Source of the DNA: Auanema rhodensis
Lineage: Eukaryota > Animalia > Nematoda
NCBI GenBank assembly: GCA_964057225.1
Contig: OZ059895.1
Coordinates: 8,556,001 to 8,620,000, forward strand
Length of the DNA stretch: 64,000 nucleotides
Direction of reading: 5' to 3'
Part shown: piece by piece, positions 41,501 through 53,774 of the stretch
Layout: the number at the start of each line of letters is the position of its first letter
Numbering within the stretch: position 1 is the stretch's first letter
Program-made: the position numbers and the translations under genes
The notes under the pieces: model-generated
What the model was told of the DNA's origin: nothing
Seen by the model: the letters and a program-made list of their open reading frames with translations, nothing else
Database searches by the model: none

Positions 41501-42031
41501 GTCGTTTTCTCATAGATTTTAGTTTGTTTACGATAAACTTTTTTTTCCCTATTTTTTTTTCAGGTTATGCTATATCCAGATTGGAAAACAAGCCAGGGGG
41601 GCCTGAAAGACCTTTCTCTCCATTAGGTGAAATGGCTTATAAATCTTATTGGTTTGAAGTTCTTTCCATCGCATTAGCTGATATTCTAGATGGAAGAATG
41701 GATAATAGTTTAAAAGGTTATATTTTCTTTTCCAATTTAAGATAATAGATGGTTTTAGCCTTAGTCAAGCATACAGGCATGCAAGCAGACGATATTATTA
41801 ACACTTTAAACGATATGTTTTCCTGTTTCCGACGAGAAAAGTAAGTTCAAACTACATCATTGTTAATTGATATTTGCTTTCAGAAAAAAATCATTATTTA
41901 TTGCATTAAATAACCAAGAATCACTGATCCGTCAAGAAGCTCAAAAAATAATTAATAAACGAGCTCAACTTGAGATAAGAAATGAGTATTTTGAACCCAA
42001 TTACAGGTTTTCTCTTATACATTCGAATTGA
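38571..42031 (+). CDS. Divergent MYST-family lysine acetyltransferase with a long low-complexity N-terminus
   Basis: APYP, C2HC finger LYVCRTCF...HMERC, PPGTEIYRD, IFEVRG, LYCSNL, DKVVYLDVQPF, GYFSK, NLCCFCILPCFQKRGFGRFLIDFSY, GGPERPFSPLGEMAYKSYW. Upstream exons splice in frame from the ATG at 38571. Confidence 0.9.
39381..39464 (+). repeat. Coding minisatellite, 7 perfect copies of CAACTAGTGCTC (PTSA repeat)
   Basis: Read directly from the sequence; degenerate copies extend upstream to about 39332. Confidence 0.95.
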
Positions 42032-42553
42032 TTATCATAACCACATTTGGTGAACTCACTTGAACTTTGTAAGTTATTACTTGACACATGTAATCGTAGA
42101 TTGTCTTACATAGTTCATTCTTTTCTATTGCACATACTGTCGGCCTGCATGTAAATTGTGTTGCTTCTATATTGTTTTTATGTTATTAAATCAAAAAGGT
42201 TAAAAATCTATATGTCTGAATTATTCAGTTGATAGTGGTGTTTTATCCGTCTTAGTTACCGTTTACTTCATGTTATATTTTTGATACGTGTACGTAAACG
42301 TGGGGTGAATTTTGAATATCAGATTTGTCGTATGCCATCTTATTTCTAAAAATTTATTTAGCTTATTCCACCCAGGCAAATGACATCTTTTAATTTAACT
42401 TGTATTTCAGAATTTTATTGACCATCTGTTTATTTATTATTGGTTATTAGTTATTTATATTTATCATATATCATATATCGAAATTTTTTTTGATCTCGCA
42501 TGTCAAAACTTCTCGATTTTAGTTTTTCCAAATGTGATTTTTTTTAGTTCGAG

Positions 42554-43742
42554 ATGCCTAGAAGAAGGGACGAGAGAAGTAGTGAAGTTCCTACTTATGT
42601 TACGAGTAGAAACAGCGAAGCTATTAGAGAGGCAGAGGCGTTAATGCCGTCTTATTTCTCAGAATTAAAATGTATTTTTTTCTGTGTTTTTTTCATAATT
42701 CATATTTCATCAGATTTGCGTTATACGATTAGTGATGCTATGCCTACATGTCGCCATTTGTATTTAAAGCGTCACCCAGAAGATCGCAGTGCTATCATTC
42801 TTTCCAACTTTCCTGCCTACTTGCCCACTGTAAGCTTGCTCTTTTTTGCAGCTTATTAAACTTATTATATTAGGATGTCGTCAAGAACATGTTGACTAGC
42901 TTCGTAGAAACTCCTATTGTCGATTTATCAATTCAGAGAAGTAGTGCTGATCAAACAGTTCAGGATAATCTAAAAATTGTCAGTTTCTATTAATGTTCCA
43001 AAATATTTTCGAGATTCAGGGACAACTTACGATTCTTATTAAATTCGCTCATGCACAAGGGGCTGTGGATAGTTTAAACAAATGTCAGTTCGTCGGTCCT
43101 TTAAAAGCTAGTGACTTCACCCCAGAGGATCCAAGTTCTTTGATGAAACGTTGGGCGATTTTATTTATATATATCTATGAAAATATTTTTCAGATATGAT
43201 TGAAACTTACCGAAATAAGTTTTGTACCCCAGAACAAATTAGCCAATCCGTTGATGAGTATATGCAATCACAAGACGAACTTACGGCGCAGGTTTTTCCA
43301 GGAGTACAAAATGGGAATAAGGCAAATATTTAGGCCAAAAGAGATAAAAGAAAATTAGATGAAGATGAAAATGGTTGGACAACCATTAAATCTAAAAATG
43401 TAATTTTTGTTCTGTGCAATAATGAAGTTTATTATCTTGTTCTAGTCTGCTCCTGCTCTTAAAATTAAGAAGAAGGATGTACCATTGACAGGAGGGTTGC
43501 ATAAAAATAAAAAACAAGTGATTTCTAACATATATTCCTCGTTTATAAAAGCTTTTTAAGGCTGATCTCAATTTTTATGGAAATCATGCTAAACAGACTA
43601 AGCAGAACCGTGAGTATTGTGATTCTTTAAAATAATGATTTTTCGTTCAGAAGTTCGAGAACTCCAGGAGAAATTCGAAGAAGATAAAAAACGAATAGCC
43701 TATATGAAATCCAGAAGAAGGGAAGTTAATGCTGAAGCGTAA
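42554..43742 (+). CDS. rrp7: Ribosomal RNA processing protein 7 homolog
   Basis: RRM-like N-half (RHLYLKRH, IILSNFP) and C-terminal DEDENGWTTI...QFY...ELQEKFEEDKKRIAYMK, typical of RRP7. Confidence 0.8.
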
Positions 43743-43905
43743 ATGTTAACTGCTTTGTTATTCGTTGTTGTTGTTATGTTTTTAAATAGAATTAAAGTTT
43801 CATTATTTTAAATTTTGAAATATAACAATTAAAACAACAACAGTTCTAAGAAATCCTAGCTCTAAAATTTAACGTTTTATACATTTAAAAAAATAATGAC
43901 TGTTC

Positions 43906-46543
43906 CTATTCCGGTCTCAGTCTAACAAATCCATTGATGAGTCTACTCTGCTCGTCACTTAAGTTACATCTACAAGAAATAAATAATTCTGCTCATAACG
44001 AAACGGACAAACCTTTCAGTGATTCTACTTGCTAATATGCTTAATTTATTTTTAGCAGTACTTTGGCTCATAATTTCTAAGCAAATTGCAGCGCTGAAAT
44101 AAATTTATATTTGAATCAAATATTATATACTCGTACCGAACACCATCTCTCTGTTTCAAAGCTTCATCAAAAAGTTCGTTAATAACTGCTGGCTTTGGAT
44201 ATCCTAAAAAAACTTTTGTGGAAATTCTTAATATTATTTTTATTACCTGATGAGAATACTGTTGCATTTTCACCAGAAATGGAAGCTGGGTTGAGAAGTA
44301 GTTCCAAGAGCTCATAAGCTCTATCTGCCTCTCCAATTCTATTTAACAATAAGGCGCATTCACATATCTACATAATAATGTATAAATAGAAAAATCGGAA
44401 ACAGTTACTCACAGATCCTGGAGACATCTTCAATTGTAATCTTCTGTTCCTTTCTTCAGTGAAATTACTGAACTCAACCCAAATGTCTACTAGCCGTTTG
44501 ACCAGTGTAGTATAAGCATCACGTTCACTTACATTGAGACTCTGAATAAATTTTAAAAAATTTATATATTTTTTCTATATGTTTACATTGAAAGGTACAT
44601 CTAAGAGGCGCTCACGGAATTGGACACCTAATCTCACATCTGTCATTTGACGAGATGCGATTCCATCTTCAATGAAACGGAATAATAATGGCAGATATGG
44701 TGAACTCTATAAGTGACGATTAAGAAATATAAATTGTTGCTTTACTAACCTTCAGTTTCTCTGAAATACTAATAGTTAATTGTCTTCCTACTCCAACAAT
44801 TCTTGGAACCAAAGATATGTATTTCTTATATATATCTTCAATCGATGAAGTACTATTTATGTACAACATTAAGTAACGGTTGTAAAAGCTGGAAACACAG
44901 TATTTGGAAACGAATAAAATTCAAATATTACGAGGATTCGGATGTGAAAGCTGGCATTTTAACTTCATTACTCTTTGATTCATAGAGTTGAACAAGACGT
45001 TCTGCCAAATCGAGGTTACCAGCGCTGAAAACAATGAAGCACTTTTAAAATCGAAATGCCAACTTGCCTATTTGCAATTCCCATTGCATTGAAGAAGAAA
45101 AGATGATCTTTAGCAGATTGTAGTGTTATTTTAGAATTCTGCAGATTTTGAATTATGTCGGAAATCCAAGTGACAGCAAGTTTCTGAATAATATAAAAGA
45201 TTATTAGATGACTCTCGCAAAACCTACTAATTGAGCCTCTTGTGTACGACTATCTTTACTTGGGTTTTTAGGATCTTCAACTCCCAAGTCGACAATGTTA
45301 TTTATGATTATATTGAAAGTTTCGAGCGATGGCGTTTGGCCGAGGTGAATCATCTCACCAATGACTGATTTGAAACATTTTATTTTGGTTTCGTGTTCTT
45401 TAATCTGGAAGATTTAGTAAGTTAACAAGTTTTAAACTTTGACCTACGGTGCAAGCTGCATTTAAGATACTGTTCCAGGTGTTCAACCGTGGAGTTAACT
45501 TTTGTTCTTTCATCTTTGATAAAATATCTTGAGCAATTTTAAATTCCGAGACTGATATAATAGCGTCATAAGCATCCACAGTAACTTCTTTATAGTGTTT
45601 CTAATAAATAATCAATTTAGTATAATATAATATAATATTTACCTCAAATAACGAATTAGCTAGTTTTACACTTTGAGGAGTAGCATGTTTGCACAATCCA
45701 GATATATAGATACTGACTACATCTGGTTTCGGACTTAGTGATTCAAACAAAAGATCAGCTATGCAAGCCTAAAAGTAAAACTCTTAGTAATAATTTATTT
45801 TTATTGTTTACCGTTTTCCATTTTGACTGGTTAACTTCTCCAAATACTCTGAGACCGTGCCATTCAATGCATTCCGTAATTGGAGGGTTGGCACAGTTAT
45901 AATAACAAACTAGCTTGAAGAGTTCTAACTTGGCAGAATCTGCGATCTTTACGTTCCCAGATCTTATTCTTTCATACAATCTAATGGCATCTTCAACTTG
46001 TCGATTACCAATTAGTGTAAGTAGATTACTTTCAGTTGGTTCAACCTAGTAAAATGAATACAATACAAAAAAAACAATAATCTAACTTGAAGTGGATCAG
46101 GCTGGTGTTGTGGCCTAAACACCGGCAGTCTTGGCTGATCCCGATCAAATGCAAACAAGGTGGGCCATTCCTGAGCTAACTGACGAGCAGCTCGTTTACC
46201 CATTTCCTAGAAGAACCCTATCAGTAATTCTCATAATAAAAAAGTACCTTTGCAACATAATAAAATTGCTTGTTCTGGGCTGTACTTGGGATCATAGTTG
46301 GATCATCGATAAAAGCAAAGTGGGGAGCCGTCGTATCAACTCCGACGGTGTCAGATAATGCTTTTAATAGATCCGTGGGCCCCCTCTATAGAAAATATGG
46401 TTATTCAGTTTTTCTTATAACGAAACCTTTACGGCCGAAGGAATAGAAACGCGAGGTCTTTCATTTCCTATCTCTTGAACGGCTTCGGCTGAAAAATATC
46501 TTACGGCACAAGCTCTTGTAGAGCAAGCACGTAAGGAGATCAT
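43906..46543 (-). CDS. ptcd3: PTCD3 / mitoribosomal mS39 pentatricopeptide-repeat protein
   Basis: Arg/Ser-rich mitochondrial-type leader, GPTDLLKALSDTVGVDTTAPHFAFIDDP, GKRAARQLAQEWPTLF and PPR-like helical repeats. Confidence 0.88.
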
Positions 46544-46797
46544 ACCTAAAACTAGAGAATATTACATCGCAATTCAATAAATCTAATTATGCATGCAAGA
46601 TTTCTACTATAGTTGAATCATTGAATATAATAGAGCTTATTGTGTGAACAGAACTCAAAGGAAGTTCTAGAGCGCATTTTATCAATGTAGCATGTTTTCA
46701 AATTATTGCTTAAGTGAGGCATAGCAAATTGCGAGTTATAGATTGTTTTATTTTCTTAAAGTTTTATTTTCATGAATTCGAATACATTTCTAATTAC

Positions 46798-47411
46798 TCA
46801 TATGTTATTGAAAGAAGAATATAATAAAATAGTAATTATTCCAAGAGTGTTGTGTACTGAGTTGGGCATATAATATTTTCTGCCGTTCCAATCATTGCAA
46901 AGCGATGTTTTACAACATCTAGTACACTCTGTATAAAATAAGCCATATCCCTTTTCTACACATCCTAAAAATTGTATTTTTCTTTTCAAAATGTAGTTAT
47001 GTGATTCACCTTCAGAGCAATCAGAAGCGCAATCTCTGTCTATTAGTATGAAAAATCCATTCAAATTTGTGACTGTAGACTATACGACAAGTGTTATTAC
47101 ATATTTTTAAATTATTGTATACCACGCAAAATTGTTCACTACTTGTACATGTTCTTCTCATATCTTCCCGAGATTGGAATTTTGCTTTATTCATGCAGTC
47201 TGAGTTCTGATTCAAACCATCCATTATATCCTTTTTCTTGCGAGAATGAAGACAAAAGTTGCATTCTAATGATATTTTTTCATTTTCGTGCCCCTAAAAA
47301 AACATGCATGTGATTTTGAAACTAGAACTGTACCTTAGACTTGTTATGAAAGTGTGTGAGATCAACATCAATGATAAAGCATGAAACAAATAAGAAGACA
47401 TGTAGGTTCAT
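46798..47411 (-). CDS. Ly6/uPAR three-finger, probably GPI-anchored protein
   Basis: LECNFC at the start, spaced cysteines, terminal CCKTSLCN motif, and hydrophobic N- and C-termini. Confidence 0.8.
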
Positions 47412-48249
47412 AGTAGTAGCAGCTTTTCAAATATAATGTTGTTGTGCTTAGGACTATAGGTTGTAATCATTCTATGCTTAGTAAGGAGCATTAATGGATG
47501 TACGGAAAATGCTTTATTCATCCTTTGTTGAAGAAAGCATGCTATTGAGAGATGTTCAAATATGCGGAAAATAAATCCCACTGAACTTTCTGAAATTTAT
47601 TGGAAAAAAGTAACCGTTCTCTGTACATGTCATTTCCAGTATATCATTTAATAGTTGACGTGACGTGGATGTGACGTAAAAAAGTTTGAACATCGCTTAA
47701 TGGATAGCAAACAACTGTATTTGGAATGAATAAAGAAGTCGATTCATAAAATAAGATTTATTTTTCGAGTATTGTGTTATAAACATTGCCTAGCCCCAAC
47801 TATCTAATATCGTCATTTGATAGATTCTATGTTGTTGGCTCTGTCATATTCGACAAAATCATATGACTATCATTTTGATGATGATTATTCTCAATAAGCT
47901 GTTTATGTACTTTTAGCTCGATGTACTGAATATTCTGTATGATAAGGTCAGGCGTATTAATATCGAAAACAACCGTTAGCTTTGAAATTTGTTAGCCGAT
48001 TAAAGTAAACAGTGTGACTTATAAGCAATTGTGGGCATTCAATGTATTCGATTTCAACATGGTATGGAACGAAACTAGTGGACGAACGAAACGTTTGATT
48101 CTATACTGTAAACTTAAATAATATTCCCTAAGTAATTGCGTATTGATTTTAAATGTCACGGTTATACCACTTAATGCTCTTAATTGAATTCATTGATGTT
48201 TTTCATTGGATAATTATAGTTTGAAAATAAAATCTTATTATTTACAGCC

Positions 48250-50802
48250 ATGAAGCTTTTGCTACTGGTTCTTCTGCAGTTTTCACCAACGTTGGGTTTT
48301 GGGGCTGTTCAAAATTTTTGTAATGGTAACTTCACAGGGCAAACTCCATTGCCACTAGAACTAAAAAAAGCATTTGATGGCAGTTATAAGGTTGTTCTGT
48401 TGATTTTCCTCTTTTCATTGTTCTTTAAAACAGATTACCACAGTTTTAACTGATTGGGTTAATAATAGTACTCATGCTGTAGTAGAAATTGCTCATCAAA
48501 ATAGAAATTCCACTACCGGTACATACGATATAACCGTCGTTAAGTAAAAAAAGTTTTTAGTGAAAGATGGAAATGGGCTAGATGTTCATTATATAGCTGA
48601 TCAAGGTAGAATAGTGGTTGTGAATAATTCTGGTATTTTGATCAAGTTTAATTAGATATATATTTTTTTATAGCAAACACTTGCGTAGTTCAAAATGAGT
48701 ATAAACCATTCCAACTTAATTCTTCTATTTTACAAAAAATAGGAGCATCTGGCAGTTATATTTCTGAATTAGTAAATATGATTGTTGATAAGAAGTATAA
48801 TGGTTTTATGGTAATTATTCTGAAATAAAATATAATTTACAGTATATGTTTTAGCAAGGCAGTCAAATTGTTGCTGGAGTTGAGGCTATTAAATGGGTAA
48901 CATGTGTTAATGGCTCGGACGGCCAACCAAATTTGCAGGTACTTTTTCAATATTGTTACTAAAATTTTATTCCTGATATAGGTTGAAGCTGTTTACAGTG
49001 GTACTGGTTCTTTATCGCCTACTTCTGGTTCATTTAAAAATCCACTCATGTATTTCTTCCGACTATCTGAGTTTTCTCCACCAAGTAGTTTTAACTTTTT
49101 TACTTGTTTGTAATGCTTAGTCTTAGATTCTACTGATCCTGTGAACTCCTTTTCTTTCCAAATCGAGTCTTATAATGAAGTAGATGATAATTCTGTTTTC
49201 GATGTAGTTTGATTTTATAATGTTTTTGATAAATTTCTCCTTTGTAGATACCCCAAGCCAAGGTTTGCACTGGTTGGCCAACTTCAAAACTTTCCGTTGC
49301 TTTCCCTGAACCATTCAGTGGATTAGTTACATACAAAAATGGCGATTCAGTTTCTACAGCTAAGGTACCAAATAAGTTTTAACCAGGTAAATAAAACAAA
49401 TTTCCAGGTTTACTATTCATCTACCATGGATACTACTGCGGTCTGTCTTGATAGTTTAAAATCAGGAGATCAAATTCCTTTCTTTAACACTAAAGCACAA
49501 TCTGACGGTGTGATGTCTGTTATCCATGATTTCAAAACAGGTAAAAAGATATATTACAAACGATCTGATTAGTTTTGTGCAGGGTATGAATATTCTCTTG
49601 CGGCTAGCAGATGCGCTTATTTGGCTCCAATCCCCGATGATTCTGCCGATGTAATAAAAACTCCAGCTTTTACTATTCGTTCGTTAGCTGAACATTTTGT
49701 AAATGAATCACTTTCTTGGGGTCAATACGGAAATGTAACAACCTTTAAAAAATGTTCTATTTTAATTTAAGCTTTAGGTTAGTCATTTAAATGGTGATGC
49801 TCTAAGTATCTGGAGAACTATGGAAGGAGACAATGTTATTGAAGCTCATATTGGAAAGTCTCAATGGAGCTTTGCTAAATATAATAAAGTATGAAAGTAC
49901 ATCTTTAGTGCTCAATGTATAATATTTGTAGGATGGACTTGTTTCTTTTACTGAAGTAATAGTTGCACCTTTACCTCCCATTACTGTTGCCGTTGAACGT
50001 TCTCGCGAGTGTTTCGCTGAAAATTCTTCTGGAAATAATACTTTCACATTCAATATTAAAGGAAGTATGTCTATCTATAGTTGTTTTGTTAGTAATATTT
50101 CTGATATCTCAGAAAAAATGTCTGATGTTTTCTCTGTTGGCGAATCACAGATAGTTTCTTCATTAGCTAACGCATTAGCTAAAGTAGCTTTGATCAATCC
50201 TCTTCGTGTTTCTGCTCTTTTTGTAAGTTTTGCTATACAGATATGCTAATACGTTGATTTTCAGTCGGCATTGCCTAATGAAGATATTGGAGTTTTCCTT
50301 ACGGTTGCTGATAAAAATACTAAAGCTCCAGCAAATACCGGGAAATTCAATTATTCCGTATGCTTTTCATTCAATTGCAACTATTATAAATTATATTGTA
50401 TAGGCTGAAGTTAGTACTGAAGAATTATTCAATGCACTTAACAAGACTTTTGCTGCTGAAGACTGGCAGTTTGATGTTACCACACTTGATATGAAAACAG
50501 AGGTAACAGTTTTTTGCTTCATTTTCATATAATATCTATGATATTCAGATCTGGCTTGCACGCGTTGCCACTTTATCAAGATATCCATTACAACCTGCTC
50601 CTCAACCAGCTCCTTATCAAGGATATACTGGCGGATCAATGTTTGTTCTTGGAATCTTTTCACTTATTTTAGGTTGTGCTATTGGTCAGTTTTTTATCCT
50701 TTTTCGAGTTATTATAAATATTTTATTCAAGGCGCCGGGGGACTTTTCTTCATCACCAAGAAGCAAAGAATATCTACCCTTGCATACCAAGTTTTTGAAT
50801 AA
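48250..50802 (+). CDS. Single-pass type I membrane glycoprotein of unknown function
   Basis: Signal peptide MKLLLLVLLQF, large multi-exon ectodomain with NxS/T sites, TM (GGSMFVLGIFSLILGCAIGAGGLFFI) and a short tail ending AYQVFE* (YxxPhi). Confidence 0.8.
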
Positions 50803-51117
50803 TGTTTTTATTTTTTCTGATCATTCGAAGCTCACGAGTATAATTACGACCAGTTCAACGTGTTATTACATGTATTTAATTTTAAAAAGTCTTTACTAGA
50901 AAGTACGCATAATTTACCGTTGTCACTTTCATTGTGGTTTTGGTTTGGAGCTTATACATTCTATTCATTTATATTTTTAAGCCTGTTTCATTTTGTTCAT
51001 TTTGTAAACTGTATATTAAAGTATCAATCCATGTTTTGTTTACTATGTTTTATTGGTTTATCTTTCAACCAGAAATATTTGTTTTGTTTCTGATTCATCT
51101 GAACTTCTTGTTCTCAG

Positions 51118-52270
51118 ATGTCGAAAGCTGCCTCAGCTACTGAGAAAGCTTTACGTTTTGTCGAGAAGTCCTCTCGAATAAGACTACAAGATCTTAGGGA
51201 TAATGTTGGTGCTAGAACTACTGGTAGACAAGTTCGAAAAGGAACGAATCAAGTAATTCACCTTTTTTTTAATTTGAAAACCTGTTCACTTAGGCTGGAC
51301 ATACTCAAGGAGCTTTAGAGCGAGCAGCTAAGCCTCCATTGGGTTGGATTTGGGGAGATTTTTTCAGACCATGGCAACGTATGTTCCCAGGAGAAAAGCA
51401 TTTCAATGCTGATATAAAGTTTGATAGTTTCAAGTATTTATTATAATTGTAAAAAATTATAGTCTAAGAAGAGAATATCAACCGTTATCACTAGTCGAAC
51501 TTTCAAGATTAATAGATTTGGGATGGGTCGACGCCTCACGCCCAATTGATATTTCAGCTTTATGTGCTACTCGCAAATTCAATATTCAACCAAGGTTGCG
51601 ACAGTATGGATTTGATCTTACAGCTGAAGTTGATTCTATAGTCTTCCTCGATTTATTTATTTTTATACATAGGGAGCTGATGAGTTCACACATAAGATTG
51701 ACATAGAAGTGCAATATGCGTCCCAAGAAGTTATTGCTGCTATAGAAAAGGCAGGTGGACGGATTAGAACTGCATATTATGATGTACAATCATTAGAGGT
51801 TTTTTAAATTTTATGATATCGATTTATTGTTAGTGTTATAGGCTGCCGTTGATCCTAAGAATTGGTTCCTAAAGGGTCTTCCTATTCCTCAACGAAGAGC
51901 TCCCCCCGCTTCCTTATTAGAGTAAATCCCCATTTTATTCTTTTATTCCGTATTCAATTTTAGATATTACATGAATCCTTTAAATCGCGGATATCTTTCA
52001 AATTCCGAAGAAGTCAATGAATCAAGGAAGAAATTATCTATGTTGATGGGGTATGAGAGTACTGAGGAACCATTGGGAGAGACTAAGGCGCCTAATCAGG
52101 TATCATATTAATCTCAAGAGTTTGCTCATAATTTATTGCAGGTGTTCTATGGGCTTGAAGCTGGATCTGTTGTTTCTTTAGCTGATAAGAAGGTGTTTGG
52201 ACCAACACATCCTCTTCTCAAAAAATTTTATCAAAATGATTTCCGATCTGATAAAACCTATGATTGTTAA
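51118..52270 (+). CDS. mrpl-15: Mitochondrial ribosomal protein L15 (uL15m)
   Basis: [67 protein letters not shown]. Confidence 0.93.
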
Positions 52271-52934
52271 CTTTTGTTAAATTTGTTTGTTAGAGTTCAT
52301 GGTAAAACTTATTAATACTGATGTACAGAATTTCAATAGATAGTTTTAGGTAGTTACTATTGTTATTGTTAAAAATTGAAATTCATAAATAATGAATATA
52401 TTTAACTTTGTTTTTTTTTGGATTAATCATGAAACACTGCTATACATACGCGTATAAGATTTGCAAGATTTCTATCATTCAAGCGATTATTTTTTTTTGA
52501 AAACTAAATCTACTAATTTCTTTTGTTGCCTGTTTTGGTGATGATGCACAACAAATCTTAAAGGAATTTATAGGCTTAACTCTGACAACAGGGATCTCAA
52601 CTTCAGATACTAAGAAGAATCTCAGCTAATTTGTACGTACAAAACATTTAATCTTAAAAAAGTATTTTCTTTTAAAAAAATTACCAAAAAGAAGTTTTGT
52701 TAATTGGGAAGCTTTGAATTTGTTGTTGAATCTCGTCAACTTGTAATTAACATGAACGCTAATGTTATTGTTTCAAAAATTAAGAATAGTCAAAGGCCAA
52801 AAATCAAAATAAAACAGTACATAAGCTTGTCAAGCATTCGCTTTCTTTGATTTTGTTTGGTGTTTCAGTATATTATATCGTATTGTATTTAATATTTATT
52901 TAATAAATATTATTTATATAGTTTGAGATAAATA

Positions 52935-53257
52935 TTATCCACTATGAGGTGGAGAAACATATTTAGGTTGTGGTACCGGGGCTACATACGAATTTGGAGG
53001 AAGAGCATAGGTTGGAGCAGCAACATAACTGAAAGCAAAACTTGAGCTTTTAAATCCAGAAATGAAAAAGCTTACCTTCCTCCACCACAAGTAACAGTAG
53101 ATCCTGAACAGCCAGTAGATTCCTGACAGCAAGCAGATGGAACATTACCTCCAATGCATCCGAAGACAGAAGAACTTAGACACAAACCGAGCAGAACAAA
53201 CAGAAGCTGTATAAGATAATTGAAATAAATATTCAAACTTGATGAAAACCTCACCAT
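52935..53257 (-). CDS. Small secreted Cys/Gly- and Pro/Tyr-rich protein (cuticle/ECM-like)
   Basis: Three exons: M|LLFVLLGLCLSSSVFGCIGGNVPSACCQESTGCSGSTVTCGGG|SYVAAPTYALPP...SG*. The first coding exon is the ATG alone; a TATA-like sequence lies upstream. Confidence 0.75.
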
Positions 53258-53774
53258 AATATGACGATGTGTCAGCTTAACGACAATTCTTGGATTTATA
53301 AGATGAGCTTTATATATATGCAAAGTTCTCTGAGATTCCAGATTATAGTTCGTACAGATGTGATTTGAAAAAAGTCATCGTTATTCTTAAGAACTAGTTT
53401 AGCCGGAATCAGTGCTTGTATAATCCAATTAAATTAGATTTCATATGATATATATACATTAAGGTTATTTTATGCTCTGTTATATATTAAAAGAAAATAA
53501 ATACAAATAGTAATAATATTTAATATAAATTAAAAAATGAAATAAACATAATTAAAATAATTAATAATACTAAATATATATTACCCGTGTTAAAAAATTT
53601 AAGAGAAAATATGATATTTTCAACTAATAATATACATTATGAAAAAGAAAAACCGAATATAATATTGATATGTAATACTGTTTTGGTCAAGTTCTTTCTT
53701 TTTTTTTCGAAGAATTTCTACATACTATTGCATTCATTATGTTAGTTCCTAGTTTGATTTGTTGTAGTTTTTTT

